Source: Monocercomonoides exilis PA203
Taxonomy: Eukaryota; Protista; Preaxostyla
Assembly: GCA_001643675.2 (NCBI GenBank)
Contig: LSRY02000020.1
Span: forward strand, 1,426,001 to 1,490,000
Length of the DNA stretch: 64,000 nt
Reading direction: 5' to 3'
This document shows, piece by piece, positions 39,625-54,033 of the stretch (position 1 is its first letter; each line of letters opens with the position of its first letter). The position numbers and the translations under genes were made by a program. The notes under the pieces were generated by a model. It was not told the origin of the DNA and ran no database searches. It saw only the letters and a list, made by a program, of their open reading frames with translations.

Positions 39625-42600
39625 TCAACTATGATGCAGGATAACCCGAAATAGCGAGAAGGATTTCGCCGCAAGTTTTTCAAAGAACTTTGGAGAAAAA
39701 TGGAACAATATAATTTTTGTTGAAGTGTCAATCTGTTCATCTTCCAAAATGTCTTCATCATCTGAAATTTGGTCTAAGTCTTCGTTTTTGACTTCTTCCT
39801 CCATTGAACTGGTTTGTAATTCATTATCATCGTCATCATCGTCATCTTCCACTTCATCCTCATACGTTATCCTTCGCATCATCGAAAAGCCCAGCCCTCT
39901 CCCACTCATCTCATCCATCTCCAGCTCATCATCTTCTTCATTGTCATTGAGCGCTGAATCAAAAGTAAACGGCTTCGGATTCACTTTTGAGAGTGAAGAC
40001 AAAAACGACAGCATCAGCACGCCTTCTGCCACAACAACGCACCTCTTTCTCTGCTCGTCTGTGAGTGAAGAGAGCGGAATAGGGAACACAGGCAGGGAAT
40101 CAGAAGAAGAAGAAGAAGAGGAAGAGGAAGAAGAAGCAGATGACAGATGTTGTGTCTTGTTCTCGCTCAGCTGGAACAGCGAGCCAATTGTCGTTTTTGC
40201 CAGTTCAATGAGCTGGTTCCCTTCGAATTCTCTCATCCCTCCCATCTCATCCACAGCCTTGAGGACATCTTCATAGCACTCCTCGTCTTTCTGCCCTGCT
40301 TCTTTTACTTTTTCTTTTTTATCTTTTTCTTTTTCTTTTTCTTCCTTCTTCGGCATCAGATGAACCGGAGCATGTGAAAGCGCATGGAACAGCAGCAGCA
40401 AGACCGGGTGAGGACATTTCGGAACAAGCTGCGCAAACTTCTTCTTCTTGTCCTTTGTGATCGTATCGTTCGAAATCCCAGTGATCCCCTCATAGAACAG
40501 CGGGAAGAACGACGGGAAATCAGCCGGGGCTGAGCCGAACGTGAGCGGAACCAGCGCAGAGAGAGAAATGCAGTCTGTGTAGAGCAGATTGGCAACGAGG
40601 TGCGGCTTGAGGCGAAGCACAGCCTGGGCAGAGATTGCACAGGATGGTTCGACGAAAGAAGGGAAAGTGGAGAAAGAATAAGGAATTGTGTGTTTTATAG
40701 AGGCAGATGGGGTGGAAGAAGAAGAAGAAGAAGATGCACTTGTTTGTGTGCTTCCAGAGGAAACCTCTTCTTTCTTTTTGAAGGGCTCTTTTGTAACGAT
40801 TTCATACTGATCCAGGTTGAGTGAGCGTTCTAGTGAAGAATTGAGACTCTTGTTCTGATTTTCACTTTCTGTGCCTGGAGAAGAAGTTTTTCCATTTGTT
40901 GCGTTTGTTTTTGGAGATGTCAATTGTTGGTCTTTGTTTTCAGCTGATGCTGCTGCTGTTGCGGCTTCTTTCAGCACAGACGAAGGCTCCGCTCGCACAA
41001 CCGGAGAATTCGTCTTCTTTCCTTCTTCATTTGGCTTTTTCTGTGATTCCGTTCTCTTTTCTTCTGCTTTTATTTGGGAATCTGTCTTTGACATTAAATC
41101 TTTCGAGTTCGTGACGATCCATGATGAAGCAATACTGTCCTTCAGTGCCGCCGTGTCCAGCTGAGGCTTCTCCAATGCTGGTGAATTGCTCGTGTTGCTG
41201 TTTGAGATTGGCACTTCTTTCGCTCCTGAGCTAATTGCTTTGGGAGAAGCCTGTGGCAGTTGAGGCTCTTTGGACACAGGATCATATGGAATGAAATCTG
41301 CTTGTTTGTTTATTTGTTCGTTTGTTTTTTGATCAATAAATCAGGAAAAATAGAGTTGGAATTATGAAATTTTGGGAAAATACAAATAATAAAACGAAAA
41401 TTACAAATAGAATGCAGAGAAAAAAAGAAAGAAAGAGAGTATTAAAACATACTACTAAACTTTCGCGCTTCTCCTGCTTTATTCACTTTTGCATCATTTG
41501 CCGGCTTTTGCATTCCAAATGCCGGGTTGATTGGGTGTGGGAATTGCATCGGATTTGCTTGGCCAACAATATTCGGTGCATTCTCAGGCTGTTTGTTTAC
41601 ATCGAGCTTCTTAAAGTGGAAGATGCCTCCTTTGAAATTCATAGGCTGCTGCCCTCTTATCAAAGTTGGTGCTGCTGGAGCAGGGACGTTGGTGTGGGTG
41701 AACTGGGGAAGCTGGATGATGCGCTGTTGGTGTGCATGTGTGACTGGCAATGGAGAAGGGGAAGGAGAAGAAGAAGGAGTAGAAGGAGAATAAGGAGAAG
41801 AGGAAGGTGGGATATGCACTTTAGGTGTGAAAGGAGGAGGAACATTGGAAGGCTTGGCAGTCTGTTGCGTGGGCAAAGCAGGGCTCAATGCCTCAGGCTG
41901 CTGAGAAGGTTGCTTTGTTGAAGGCAAAATGGCCATCTGCTGCTGTGGTTGTGGATGAGATTGAGGTTGTGATTGAGGTAGTGGCTGAGGCAGTCGTTGC
42001 TGCATCATCATCATCTGTTGTTGTTGCTGCTGCTGTTGTTGTTGATAGCGATGGTCATACATCGTGTGAGGAGGACGCTGGCTGTCAGGCATGTGGAACT
42101 GGTATGTGCCATAAGGCTGGGGCAGCGCCGGTGGTACTGACTGTGTGATGAACGGGTGATGAAGAGCTTCTGCAGCAGATGGGCGCTGTTTGGGGTTGAT
42201 GCAGAGGAAGCCTGACAGAAGATCCCAGGCCAAGTCGCTGATGTACTGCGGACGGCGGATGGGGAAGTTGATTTGGCTGTGTGATTGAAATGGATGTGTT
42301 GGGGAATAGGAAGTGGATAAGTGAATGAATTAATAGAAAGAGATAATTGAAACAGAAGTGTGATTGAGAAGTTAATTGGTAAGATTTGATAGGAGTTTCA
42401 GCGCAGAGCGCCAAAACATTAAAAAAATGTTCTCACAAAAAGATCAGCAAAACTTCATCAAAAAGAAAGAAAGAAAGAAAGAAAGAAATTGTTTATCTTT
42501 CTTTAGCAACAGGTTTTAAGCACATTTCCTGTTTGCAAATAAATGCCAGCAATGTTCTCGAAAAATCACCATTTGTCATGCACACACATACCGGCATATG

Positions 42601-43935
42601 TACTCGAATGAGCCTGGTCTGACTGGATGTCTCCCTGTCAGCATCTGATACATAATCATGCCCAGCGCCCATATGTCAATCTTTTCGTCGTATCGGTGCT
42701 CTCGAGACAGAAGCTCTGGTGCCTGGTCATTGATAACATGCAAAATTGAGTTTTCATATTTTTTAAATTTTTTTACAAAGTTTTGAAATATTATTGGAGA
42801 AATCATAATGGAGAAATGCACACCGCATTTAAAGGGGTGCTGATAATGAAATAAATGCATTTTAATATGTAAGTTTTTGCGGAATTGTAAATAGTCAAAG
42901 CAAAACAATTATGTGTTAATTTAGACAATGGAAAATCTTGATTCTTTTATTTTAAAAAAATGAATGAATGCAAACCCGCACTGAGTCATTGTTGCGGCAA
43001 AAGTCATTTTCTTTGAACGAGACAGTCCGAAATCTGTGATCTTTGCAATCATCGATGAAGCCTTGAAAGTTCCTGATGGATCGTGAAGGAGAACGTTGTC
43101 TGTCTTCATATCCCTACCACGCAAACATATTTGAAAAAAGATTTTTTTATTAGTAATGTAATTTAATTGGTATGAGTGTTCGTGCAGAACCTGTGAATAA
43201 TTCCCTTTTTGTGAATTTGTTGAAGTCCATCCACTAAATAAGAAGTTGCTTTTTAAAAATAACAATAAACAAATCAAACGAATTTGTTCTATGTAATATC
43301 TTGTGATAGACTCAGAAAATTTTTGCATTTTTCGAAGAAGCTCGGTAACAGACTGCAAAATTAATCATTTTTATCAAAATTATAATGTATTGGAAAAACC
43401 AAACCCCAAAATTTGCATATTCCATGAACATTATAACATAACCTTCCATTTTTTTCATTTGAAAAAACTTAATAATGTGATTCGTTTGCGCACTATTGCA
43501 AGAGAATTTTTTTAGATTTATTCACAAATCATTTTTTCTACTCAAACTGTTGAAGCGCGACAGCAGCCTCCCATTCGCGTGGGAAATAATTTGCTTGTGG
43601 AATAACCTTTACAGCCATTTGGACATGATCATTTGTTTCACCTAAAAATACTCTTAATTACTTTTATGAAAAGCAAAAATATCTCAAATTCAAACCTTCC
43701 AAATGCTCCTTCCCCTGTGTATAATATGAAAAATATTTTTAATTTTAAATGAAATATATTTATTTCTTTTGTGTCAAACCTAAACAACAAATTGGCTTGA
43801 AATATCATTCCATCAAAATAAAAAGTAGCCGAAATATTATAAAATTAAGCATTGAAAATATAGCATATTTACCTTAAGTCCTATATGTGATATAAAATTG
43901 CGTTCTCCATCTGACAAATGTCGAGCTGGACACAT
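39625..43935 (-). CDS. Ser/Thr protein kinase (CAMK-like) with Q/P-rich linker and ~550-aa C-terminal extension, multi-exon
   Basis: Motifs: LGEGAFGR, MAVKVI, RDMKTDNVLL, KITDFGLS, APELL...DEKIDIWALG, PKQRPSAAEALHHPFI. A phase-compatible intron 41452-41298 (A|GTATGT...AAGCAG|AT) joins the kinase to ORF 39625-41277. Confidence 0.85.
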
Positions 43936-44401
43936 GCAAACAAAAAAATGAAAAAAATAAGAAAAAACAAATTTTTTAATATGGTTTCCTTGAAATACTG
44001 ATTTCATGTTATTTTGTTGTTAAGTGCATCGGCATTCTTTTTGTGAAAACAATGATCATTTCTGTCTCTCCTAAGCTTGTTTTTTTTTTTTTTTAAATTA
44101 AATTCTTGAATCATAATAATATTTCAAAAGAAAGAAGAAAGTTAAAGGTTATATTGTTAATATTCTAAGAAGGAAACGCTCTTTCAAAAAATTTTCTTGA
44201 ATTTCAACAATTATGTGAAAGAAAGCCAATTTTTGTAAAACGAGGCTAATTTTCATATGTTATTGCTAATAATTGCACAAAACATTGGAAAAGTAATCGG
44301 ATTTCATTTATTGTTCGATTTTAAAGGGAATTCAAAATATTTATCGAAATTTTGATGGCAAAAAATTGTTATGATCTAGCCCGTTCTTTTATTATTGATG
44401 A

Positions 44402-45991
44402 ATGATGGATGGAGAAAATTTGATTATACCTAAAGATAAAGTATTCTCGTAATATATGATATTTTTATGTTAATAATGTGTATTAAAGTACAATTTGGTT
44501 TACTTTGTCTTCCTTCTCTTAGGAATGGCAATGTTATGTTCATGGAATAGCATTGTTAGCGCTGTTTGTCCACTTACCAAAAACATAATAATGTTCGAGT
44601 TTAGTATAAGAGTTAAACGCTGTTTTTTTTTCAATATTAGGCTGATTATTTTTTAAAACGTCTTCCTGCAAGCGCAAATATGTCTCTTTATACAGTGGCA
44701 TACAATGTTGGATGTGTACCTGTTATGTTTTTAGCAACAGCACTTAGCGCTCGCCTCAATTATTTCTTGGTTATTTGTATCCCAATAATTATAAATGCAA
44801 TCATGATGGGAGTTCTCCCAATTATCGGAACTTTCCTTTCTGGCACTGCAGCTGCTCAATGGCTTATATTTGTCATATGCATAATTTGTGGTGGTTGCAC
44901 TGGACTAATTAATGCAGGAGGGTTTGGACTTGGAAGTGTTTTTTCATCACATCATACTCAAGGAATAATGCTGGGTCAAGGAATCGTGGGATTGATCAGT
45001 ATTGTTCCACTTATTCTCCATGTTTCGATTCCTGGCGATAATACCGATACAGTTGGAATGATATTCTTTTGCTTTGCAGCAGTTATAAATGTTCTGGCTT
45101 TGATAGCAACACTTTTACTGAAGGTTATTCCATATTCAAAGTGGGTTATTCAAAAATCAAGTAATTCTACGAAAAAATTAAATGAAAATCAGCCATTAAT
45201 TCTCGAAGAAGCAAATGCTTCTCAAATTGCGAAAGGCTCTATTAATTCTGATGAGAAAGAAGGGTCAAAGTCGGTATTTGAGCAAGTGAAAGCATTTATA
45301 AAGCAAATCATTCCAGTTGCGAAAAAGAAATTTTGGTGGGGTTTTGCAATCTTTGACCTTTTCTTTTGGTCTCTTCTTGCTTTTCCATCGATTTTTCTTG
45401 CCGTTCCATCACAAAAAGGGCAATTCGAGGGACCTTTTTTGCAGTCATTGTGGAGAGTTTGAAATTTCGTTTATTCGAAAAGTAAAACCTATTTTGGAAA
45501 TATTTTGCAATTTTTTAGTATCTGAAGTTGAATATACATACATTCTGGGATTTTGCCATTCGGTTTTTTACAAACCTCCGTCCGCTATATAAATCCTGCA
45601 AAGTGATGAACATTATATCTGCTGCAAGATCCGTTTGTTAATTTTGAATTTTTTGATTTTAATGAAATAATATTCCATTCGTAAATTTGAATCTCTACAT
45701 GATCGTTTGTTATTTGTAATCTAAATAACATAGATTATTGTGCTTTTCCTTTTTTTGTGTGTATTTGTTCCAGCTTTTCAGCAAACATGGCTTGTTGTCA
45801 TCGTTATCTCATGCTTCTCTATAACTAATGGTTATCATAGTACTGTTATCATGTCGCAAGCAGGTTCTGATCTTACTGATGATACAGAAAAAGCAATATG
45901 TGGAACATTTATGTCACTGTGTTTTAACATTGGCTTTTTCATTGGTTGTCTGGCTTCAATGTTAGTAAGTTATTTAATTGATAAGAGATAA
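44402..45991 (+). CDS. Equilibrative nucleoside transporter (SLC29 family), multi-exon
   Basis: YFVFLLLGMAMLCSWNSIVSA/ADYF, HTQGIMLGQGIVG, SLLAFPS, FSITNGYHST. Multiple hydrophobic transmembrane segments. Confidence 0.9.
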
Positions 45992-46215
45992 TAAGAAAAT
46001 TGTATTTTCCACTTCAATTTTTGCTTTGAAATTTTGAGAAACATGTGTTTCAAAAAAGAAATTATTGCCCATAAACACTAATATCATATATTTTTCCAAA
46101 GATTAAAATGTGACATTGATGAACCAAGATTGTTTTTTTTTAAAAAAAAACTTTTTTTGAAAATTTTGCCATTTATGATTTTTTCGTCTTTGCAATGAAA
46201 ACTTTCTATCAATAC

Positions 46216-46217
<2 letters not shown>

Positions 46218-46255
<38 letters not shown>
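46218..46255 (+). repeat. Poly(A) tract (~38 nt)
   Basis: Uninterrupted A run. Confidence 0.9.
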
Positions 46256-46256
<1 letters not shown>

Positions 46257-46899
46257 AAGTGCGAATCATAATAAAGTGCATTAAACATTTGGCTGCTCTT
46301 ATTTTTCATCACTCCATTGTTTATTTAGATCCAATTCATAACAATATGGAAGCAAAATGTTAATGGGTCATAATTTTTGATATCATATGGGTGATTATTT
46401 TAGAAAGCATATTATTTGTTTCAAAATATTCGATTCGAAAATAACCCTTGAATATCAACAAAAGAACACCAATAAATGAAAAAACTCATTGAAGAAATCG
46501 TCATTTTTATTTGAGCAAAAACATTTATTTGGGTGATTTTTTTTGATATCATAAAAAAAGATCAAAAATCGAAAAAATAAAATATATTGTGGTATTTTTT
46601 GATCAAGAAGTTAAAAATGATTTTTTGCAAGTATTTAACTTTAATTTCTGTAATATATATTTGTTTTATTTATAAGACCAAAAAAACATACCTATTTAAC
46701 ATTTTTTACGAAAAACGATTTTTGATCAAGTTTAATAAAAATTAACAAAAAATAAATAAGTTAAACCAACAAAACTCATCAAAAAGACAAAAAAATATTC
46801 TTAACCTGTTAAACAAAGCTAATAAAAGGAAAAAATATTTAAAGAACTTAAAAAAATGCAACAAATTTGTGAATTTTTATTTTTCTGTGGAAAAAGAAA

Positions 46900-49800
46900 T
46901 GTGCTTTTCATCAATCTAGCTGAAATCTCTTCAAAAAATTTCTATATCTGCTGATCTGCTCAACAGATTCTGCAAACGAAGATTGTATTATTCAGGAAAC
47001 TACAGTTAATAAAAATAATTGACTCTGTCCTTCACTTCTCTTTTTATTCTTTATTTAAAAATACAGGTTTTATTTTTTTCTCGATTCACTACATGGTTTC
47101 CTATCATTTCAACTCGACATTTTAAAATTCTCCCTTCGTTAACTTCGTGCTTTTCCTAAGTTCCTGCTCTTGTTGCTTTGTGAAGAAATCAACATTGAAT
47201 TCGCCTGAGCCATCATTCGTTTTTTGTTTATGCCATTTCTTTCCCTTTTTCATCATCATCTTCCTCTTTCTCTTGATCATCCTTTTCTTTCGTTTTTGCT
47301 TCCTCCTCATTTCACTCTCTCTCCATCATCGCTCTCATCTCTCCCTATGGCAACGATATCTTTCACTAAACAAGCTACTCGCTTTGATGATCAAAATTGA
47401 TGGCCTTCCGCTCTTCTTCCAAACCTTCTATCTTCTCTTTCTCTTCCTTCGGCTCTCAGCATCAGCAGCAATTAAACACTGGCATGCTTAGTTCTTCCCT
47501 CCCTTGTGGAGTTTGACACGTTCTGAATACTTTTCCCTTTCCCTTCTGATCCCACTGCTCTCTCCCATGCTCGCTCTCAGAGTCGTTTAGCAGCGCTTCA
47601 TCGAAGCTTCCTGGATCGTTCATAATATGTATTTAATTGGCTAGTCTGTGGCGTTATCAATCAGCAAAAATTCAGATTGTGGAATAAGTTGCAGCTTGGG
47701 AAAAGAAGAAGAGGAAGGGAATGAAGGAGAAGGAGCAAATGGTTGAGGAATTGATTATTCCCTCTTTCAAATACGATTCTGAAAAAAGAAAGTTATACTG
47801 AAGATTGAGGAGAGCGTTTGGTAGCACAGAAATAACTGCTCTGCTGTGCTCGCTGGAATATGTTGTGACGTGGCTGTTTTGCGCTGCATTCTACTGAGGT
47901 GGAGAAGCTGTGTGCGTTCTTCAGGCAGTGGGTGGAGCATGTAATGGTGGGACCGGTATGGCAATTGAATTGGTACTGAGGCAATCGATGGAATATGCAG
48001 CAAAGGTGAGCACAGGAAAGAACGCAGTCGATACAAAGTGGGCGAATGACCTTGTGTGCGAGGAGAAGACGGACATGAACACCAATCTTCTTCTTCTTTT
48101 TTCATCTCTTTCGTTACACTCTCCTTTTCTTCATCCTCATCATCATCATCCTCCTCCGTATTTTCTCCTGTTCTTCTTTTTCCCAACAGGTGCATACAGA
48201 TTAAGCAAAGCACAAGCAGTCATTATTTTCGCTATGTCAGTCGTTGTTGGTGAAGCCGGTAATCCTGCAAGATTCGACCCAACACCTCAGCTCAGCAAAC
48301 AACGCAGCAGCTCTTCCATCGTAACTGTTGGTTCATTGTTCGCTTCATTATCCTTCTCGTTTCTCTTCTCCTTCTTCTTCTTCATCCAGCCCTCTTCCTT
48401 CAGCAAGCGCCTCTATGATTTCCGACGCTGTTGTTCCGCACAATTGCCTGTGGCGAGAACATCAGCTCGACAAGCTCGTTAAACAGCGCCTTGTCGAGTG
48501 AATTGGCAAACAGCTTGAACGACTTGGTGGTCAGCGAGAGAAGAATAGAAGAGGCCTTGTCGATGTATTCAGTGCATGGTGAGTACAGCAAGCGGAGGAT
48601 GAGCTGGAGAATGCCTTTGCGCAGGAACACAGAGTGGAACACAGCACCGTTGGTGATGAACTTGTTGGTTACACGAAGAGAAGAAGAGACAAGGGGGTAC
48701 CAGTGGAAACTGGATGTGAATATATTTGTGTATTTGTGAATAATGAAACGAACGAGCGAAAAAGTGGGTGTAAAAAGGAAGAAAGAAAAAGAATTCGAAA
48801 AGAAAGAAAGAAAATTTTGTGAAATGAAATTTCAATTTATAGTTTCTGGCAAACCTCATGAAACTGATCAATTGCTTTGCAACAGCGTCATTCAGCCAAT
48901 AACCTTTATTCACTTAGCAAGACAATTGAAAAATCATAGATATTATTCCACAATCATAACTATTCATCATTTGAGAGTGAACAAAAAATTGTGATTAAGA
49001 TAAATATATGAAAAGCAAAGTCCAGATTAACAAATATAAATGAATCAATTAATCAAATATATTTTATTTTATAGAAAAATTCAAAATTTCCATACAATTC
49101 TGGTTCGCTATGTGGGTCATTGCGTTTAGTCCCCTCAGCCTGTGGATGTCGTCGAAGCCGCAGACCATTAACTGTTCAATAGAAAACGCACAGCGCAGCG
49201 AAGGTGGAACATCCATCGACAGAAAAGCGCTGCAAACGACACTGGCACATAGATTAATCACATTCTATTGCTTCACTTTGAACGAACGCCCTAAGCTGTG
49301 CTTGATGGATGGCAGGTTGGCTGGGAAAAGAGAAAAGGAAGAAGAAGAAGAAGAAGAAGAAGGTAGTGGTGATGATGGTGATGAAATGGGAAAAGAAGAA
49401 GAAGTGAATGAAGATGATTTGTTAGTAGATGCAAACGTTGAGAAAGTGATCGCGTTTCGATAAGTTGCTGCTGAATACTTCTTGGATTTTTGATTTCTAG
49501 CTGAAAAGCTGAGAAAAGCGTGGTTTCAATCGACACGGGCTTATTCTTCCTCTGATCCCATTCTATTTTTTCTTTTGAGCCCCTTTCTTTATGAGTCTTT
49601 ATAATATCTCTGCCAAATCCATCTTCTTTCCCTTCTCCTCTTTCTCCTCCTTCTCCCCACCCACCAAAATCCCCTAGCCAGCCACATACGCTCCATAGTT
49701 CAGAAAGATGCTCTGTGGCTCAAACACATCCCTCGTCGCTGACACGCTGCTGCTTGCAAACACACCTGCATTACCCAATCTGCTCTTCCCGAGAATCGCA

Positions 49801-52800
49801 CGAGGGATCGGCACAGTCACAAGCGGAGGCAGCGAGAAGGATGAAATAGAAGAAGAAAGAGAGGAAGAAGACATGTTTGATAAAGAGGCAGCGCTTGTGC
49901 AAGATTTGTAGAGGGAATTCTGTGTGAGAGAAGAGGGGTCTGTGGAAGGAGATGAAGGCTTGAAGAGATACAGCGGAGTTCCAACAAGACAGAAGAGGCA
50001 GACAATTGTGTGTGGCAAGCGGAAAAAAAAGGAGCAGCAAATTTCTCAGAGGCTGTGACGTTTTGAGTGAACAGTGGGAAGATGAGAGTGTGCTGCCGAA
50101 CGAGTAAAATGTCTGCTGATGTTCATCCATCATCGCTTCCTTCTTCTCTTCCCCAATCCCTCCTCTTCCTTTCTGTTGCGATCTGCGCAAGTCTTGTTTC
50201 GAAAGCGTCAATTTGCGATGTGCAAAACTCGTCTTTCTTATTTGTCTTCATCTTTGCTTCGGTTCTTCACGTGATTCCCTTTCCTCTGCTCTTCGCTCAA
50301 CTTGCTTTTGAATATCTCTTTTTTTGTCTCTTCCATTTGAACATGCAGTGCTTTCTCTTCGCTTCTTGGAGGTGTCATAAAGCGAGCTGATGAACGCAAT
50401 GTGCCTTGAAGCTCCTTCCCTCTTCCACCGCCATTTCTCATTCGATGCCCATTTGCTTCATTCACCCTGTTCAGCACAGCCGGAGCGCGGAAGCCGTACG
50501 AAGTGCTGAAGCAGAGCGGAATGCGCCTCTGGGGAAGAGGAAAACAGTTCAAATGCACATTCAGCGAAGCTGCAGAATGCATTGATAGCGATGATGTTGT
50601 TGAAGATAGCCTAACCAAATGAGATAATTTTTGTATGGATTATTCAGTTATTGATTGAAAATCTTGCTCACATTCGAATGTTGCGGATCTGATCCAATGT
50701 TAAGAGAGAGGACACGTCAAAGAAGAAGAAGAATGTGATGAAGAAGTGGGAAAAGAAGAAGAAGAGGAAGAGGACAAAGAGGAAGAGAATAAAGCATTCT
50801 CAAGAGACAGTTCAGGAAATGCATCAGAAAGAAAGGATGGTTGTGCTTCTCTTTTCAAATCGCGTTGCGTTCTTGCATGCCTTCTCTCTCTGCCTGCACA
50901 GCTGTCTGAATGCATTCCATTCCTCTTGCAAAAACTGCCTTTGCTGGTGTCTGCACAACTGTCTGTCTCTTTGAAAATATATTTTGGCTGTCCTGCTCCT
51001 TTCTGATCTTTCTCCTAATCGCAGCAACGGTTGGCCAGATGACAACAGGATGCAAATGTTTTTAATTGCTCCATTAACTTTTTCTTCCACTGCTCAATGA
51101 CGTGAAAACTGCTGTATCATCAGAAGAATGAGAAGAATAACAAGTCAACGAAGAAGAAGATGAAATATCCGATTAATTGTGATGTGCACAATAAAAATGT
51201 GTTGTATCAGAGGAAATGGAAGATAACATTAATAATTCCTCTTCGCTTTCACCTTCTCTCTCCTTCCTCTTTCTCTCCCCCTTCTTCATCTTATCTCCAT
51301 CTTGATTTCCATCACTTCCCTTCTCTCTGTACGCACGCCTACTCCAAAACCCCTCTTCCATCAGCGCTTCTGTCTCTTCGCTCTGTACAACCCACTCCTC
51401 ACACAGCTACCTGCTTTCCACATGATACTTCGGTGAGGCCTCTGCTTCCACTTCGTTCAAAAATTTCATTCAAACAGACAATACAATACGATTACATTTG
51501 TACTCCGCTCCTCCTCTTCTGCAATTGCTCCATTTCCAGTGCTCTTCCGTTCTTTGATGTTACAACATCTCTTCTTCTCGTTCTTCTTTGGAATCTTCAT
51601 TTCAATCAGTCATTCTATTGCCTCATTTTCATCTCTCTTCCATCTTCTTTATCATCATCTCCACAATATGCTCTTTTCAGTAGTGGAAGCGCAATCGACA
51701 GAATTCCCCTGAACTTCATCAGCATCTCATAGAGCGAGTTGACACACGTCACCGCCACGAAATACGCTGCCAGCGCTAACAAAACACATGGCAGCACAAC
51801 ATTCGGTAACTACATCACATTCACAAAAAAATAGAGCAGACAATATTATGTACTTCACAGCCTCCAGATGCTCTGCTGCCACATGCGCTCAAAAGATCGT
51901 GGTGCAATGTAATTGACCAGATGCTGCAGGGTGCAGCGCCTCTCCACACACGCGCCCCATCAGCACCACTGCAACAAACGAAGATATCATTATTCCTGCT
52001 GGCGCATTCAGTTGCATCGACAGCGGCTGGAACACATGCTTCACAACCAGACACGAGTACACACTCCGCGGCTCAGTCCCGCATGCCTGCAGCCCAACAT
52101 CAGTCGGTATATCTTCCTGTGGTAGTGCCTTTAGCTGTGCTGTGTCGTCTGTCCCAATGACTATCCCTGTAGAAAACACAAACGAAGAAGTCGAAGAAGA
52201 GGCAGAAGTGTGCGCAAATGTTTCTATTCGTCGGGCTTCGATAATGACTAAAAAAAAGAAGATGCATAATTTCACAATAAAATCAAAAGAAAATACTAAA
52301 AAAATTATTGAAAATATATTAATTCATGCCTTTGAATTCTTCAGATCCGACGTTTTGAATTGAAACAAATTAATCATCATCGATTCAATTTTCTTTCTTC
52401 GCTTCCTCTTTCTATTCGGTTGAGTCACAATCATTAAATCCCAAGACAACCTCCCTGATCAACTTCCTTCCTTCATTCTCCCCCCCCCCCCCCTCCTCCT
52501 CCTCCTCTCTCTCTCTCTCATTCACACTTCTCACTCTTCCCAATGAGCTGCAACAAATATCTGCTTGTGAATACATTCACAAAATGAAAAGAAAGCAGCT
52601 GCTTCGAGGCAAGCTGTCACAATACAAAGTGGAAGAACATGCAATCAATGAGGGGAAAAATGTGAGAAGGAAGAGAGAAGGAAGGATGAATGAGGAGCGA
52701 TGACAGAAGAGAAACATGCTGAACGTGCTCTGATTCCATGCAGCAGCCTCAAATGTAAAGAATGGAGGCATCTCATTCGCCAGGCAGTGCAGCTCGAAAC

Positions 52801-53530
52801 TGCAATTGAAGAGATGGGCAAACAACAGAGAAGATGCAGATATCCGGAAAGAAGAAGAGGAGGAGGAATTGCAGCAGAAGATGTGCTTGATAGCCATATG
52901 TGTGCTACACAAACAGAAACACCAAATTGTCAATGCAAAGTTTGCTGTTTGCAACAATTACAAGTTCTTTCAGCAGTAAAATCCAGTTGCAGTTGGGCAG
53001 AATGTTGTTCGACTGCCAACAAATATTTGATAATTGGATGTCTCGTCGTTGGCTGTTCTACACTCTTTTGAAGCAAAAGCGGAATCAGAAATAGAATTTC
53101 GCAGCCTTCCACGTCTGCCTGGCACAGTCCGAGAAACAGGAAAACCTTATTAATATAATTGACATCTTGAAATTCTCCTTTTTCCAATGAATTGTTGCCT
53201 TTTTGTAATAAATATCCTTCCCTTGATATTGCAAGCCACTTTTTTTTTTGCCAAAAAACTGCTCCCACTGCCTTATATTCCAAATTCTATAAAACTTTGT
53301 GCAGATTTTGTCCTTCACAGAATTCTATCCTTATATCGACATTCAATAAAACATCATTTGAATTTGTTTTAATCTCATGCACCAAATAAAAATCAGGAAT
53401 CTTACATAACTTCATTTGTTCCCCAATGGCTATATAATAATATGTTCTATTCTCATCGCAATGCTCTCCAACGTGAAGATTTGCTATTTGACAGACAAGA
53501 AAAGTTCCTTTTCTTTGAAAAGGAAGCAAA
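46900..53530 (-). pseudogene. Fragmented coding sequence(s) of unknown family
   Basis: Exon-like GC-richer blocks alternate with AT-rich intron-like blocks. Protein-like minus-strand fragments (e.g. 48400-48642, 49064-49261, 49674-50018, 51889-52275, 53287-53529) are broken by many stops and frameshifts. Confidence 0.45.
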
Positions 53531-53590
53531 CAGAGCAGTTTTCCAATATAATGAAAAAATTGTAATATTACAATAAAAACTAAATTATAA

Positions 53591-54033
53591 AAAGTATTAG
53601 CAAACTGGTAAAAAGTTGGAAAAGTTAGTGGTTTTAAAAAAATGAAAGAAACAAAACTCCAGCTTTAATCAGAACCATATCTTTTTGAATTTTTGAATAT
53701 TTATTAAAAAAAAACAAGTATCAGAAAAATTTTGATTTTTGTTTAATAGTTATGTATGTGATAAGAGTTAGAAAAATGTTTTTCTGAATTTTAAAAACTT
53801 GTATTCATGGAAAAACTTCTGTTTTCCGCTTCAAACAATGAAGATGACAGAAGGATCAGAATCTCGATGCCACTTTTTTTGTTCAAAATGGTTTATTTCA
53901 TCGATTTAACTTCATATATTACTAAAAACTGCTTTTTGAAATCTGCAATTTTCGCCCTTTAGCGCGTAATTTTTTGATCTTTTTGCCCTCGAAAAATTAA
54001 AATATAGGGTCGGATCCTTTTTTTCATTCAAAA
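53591..54033 (+). repeat. Left inverted repeat arm
   Basis: Reverse complement of 61526-61966. The differences seen are homopolymer lengths plus about 2 point changes. Confidence 0.95.

Noticed and set aside
49674-49810. SET-domain-like start (LGKSRLGNAGVFA)
   Set aside because: No downstream NHSC or ELxxDY motifs were found; too little support.
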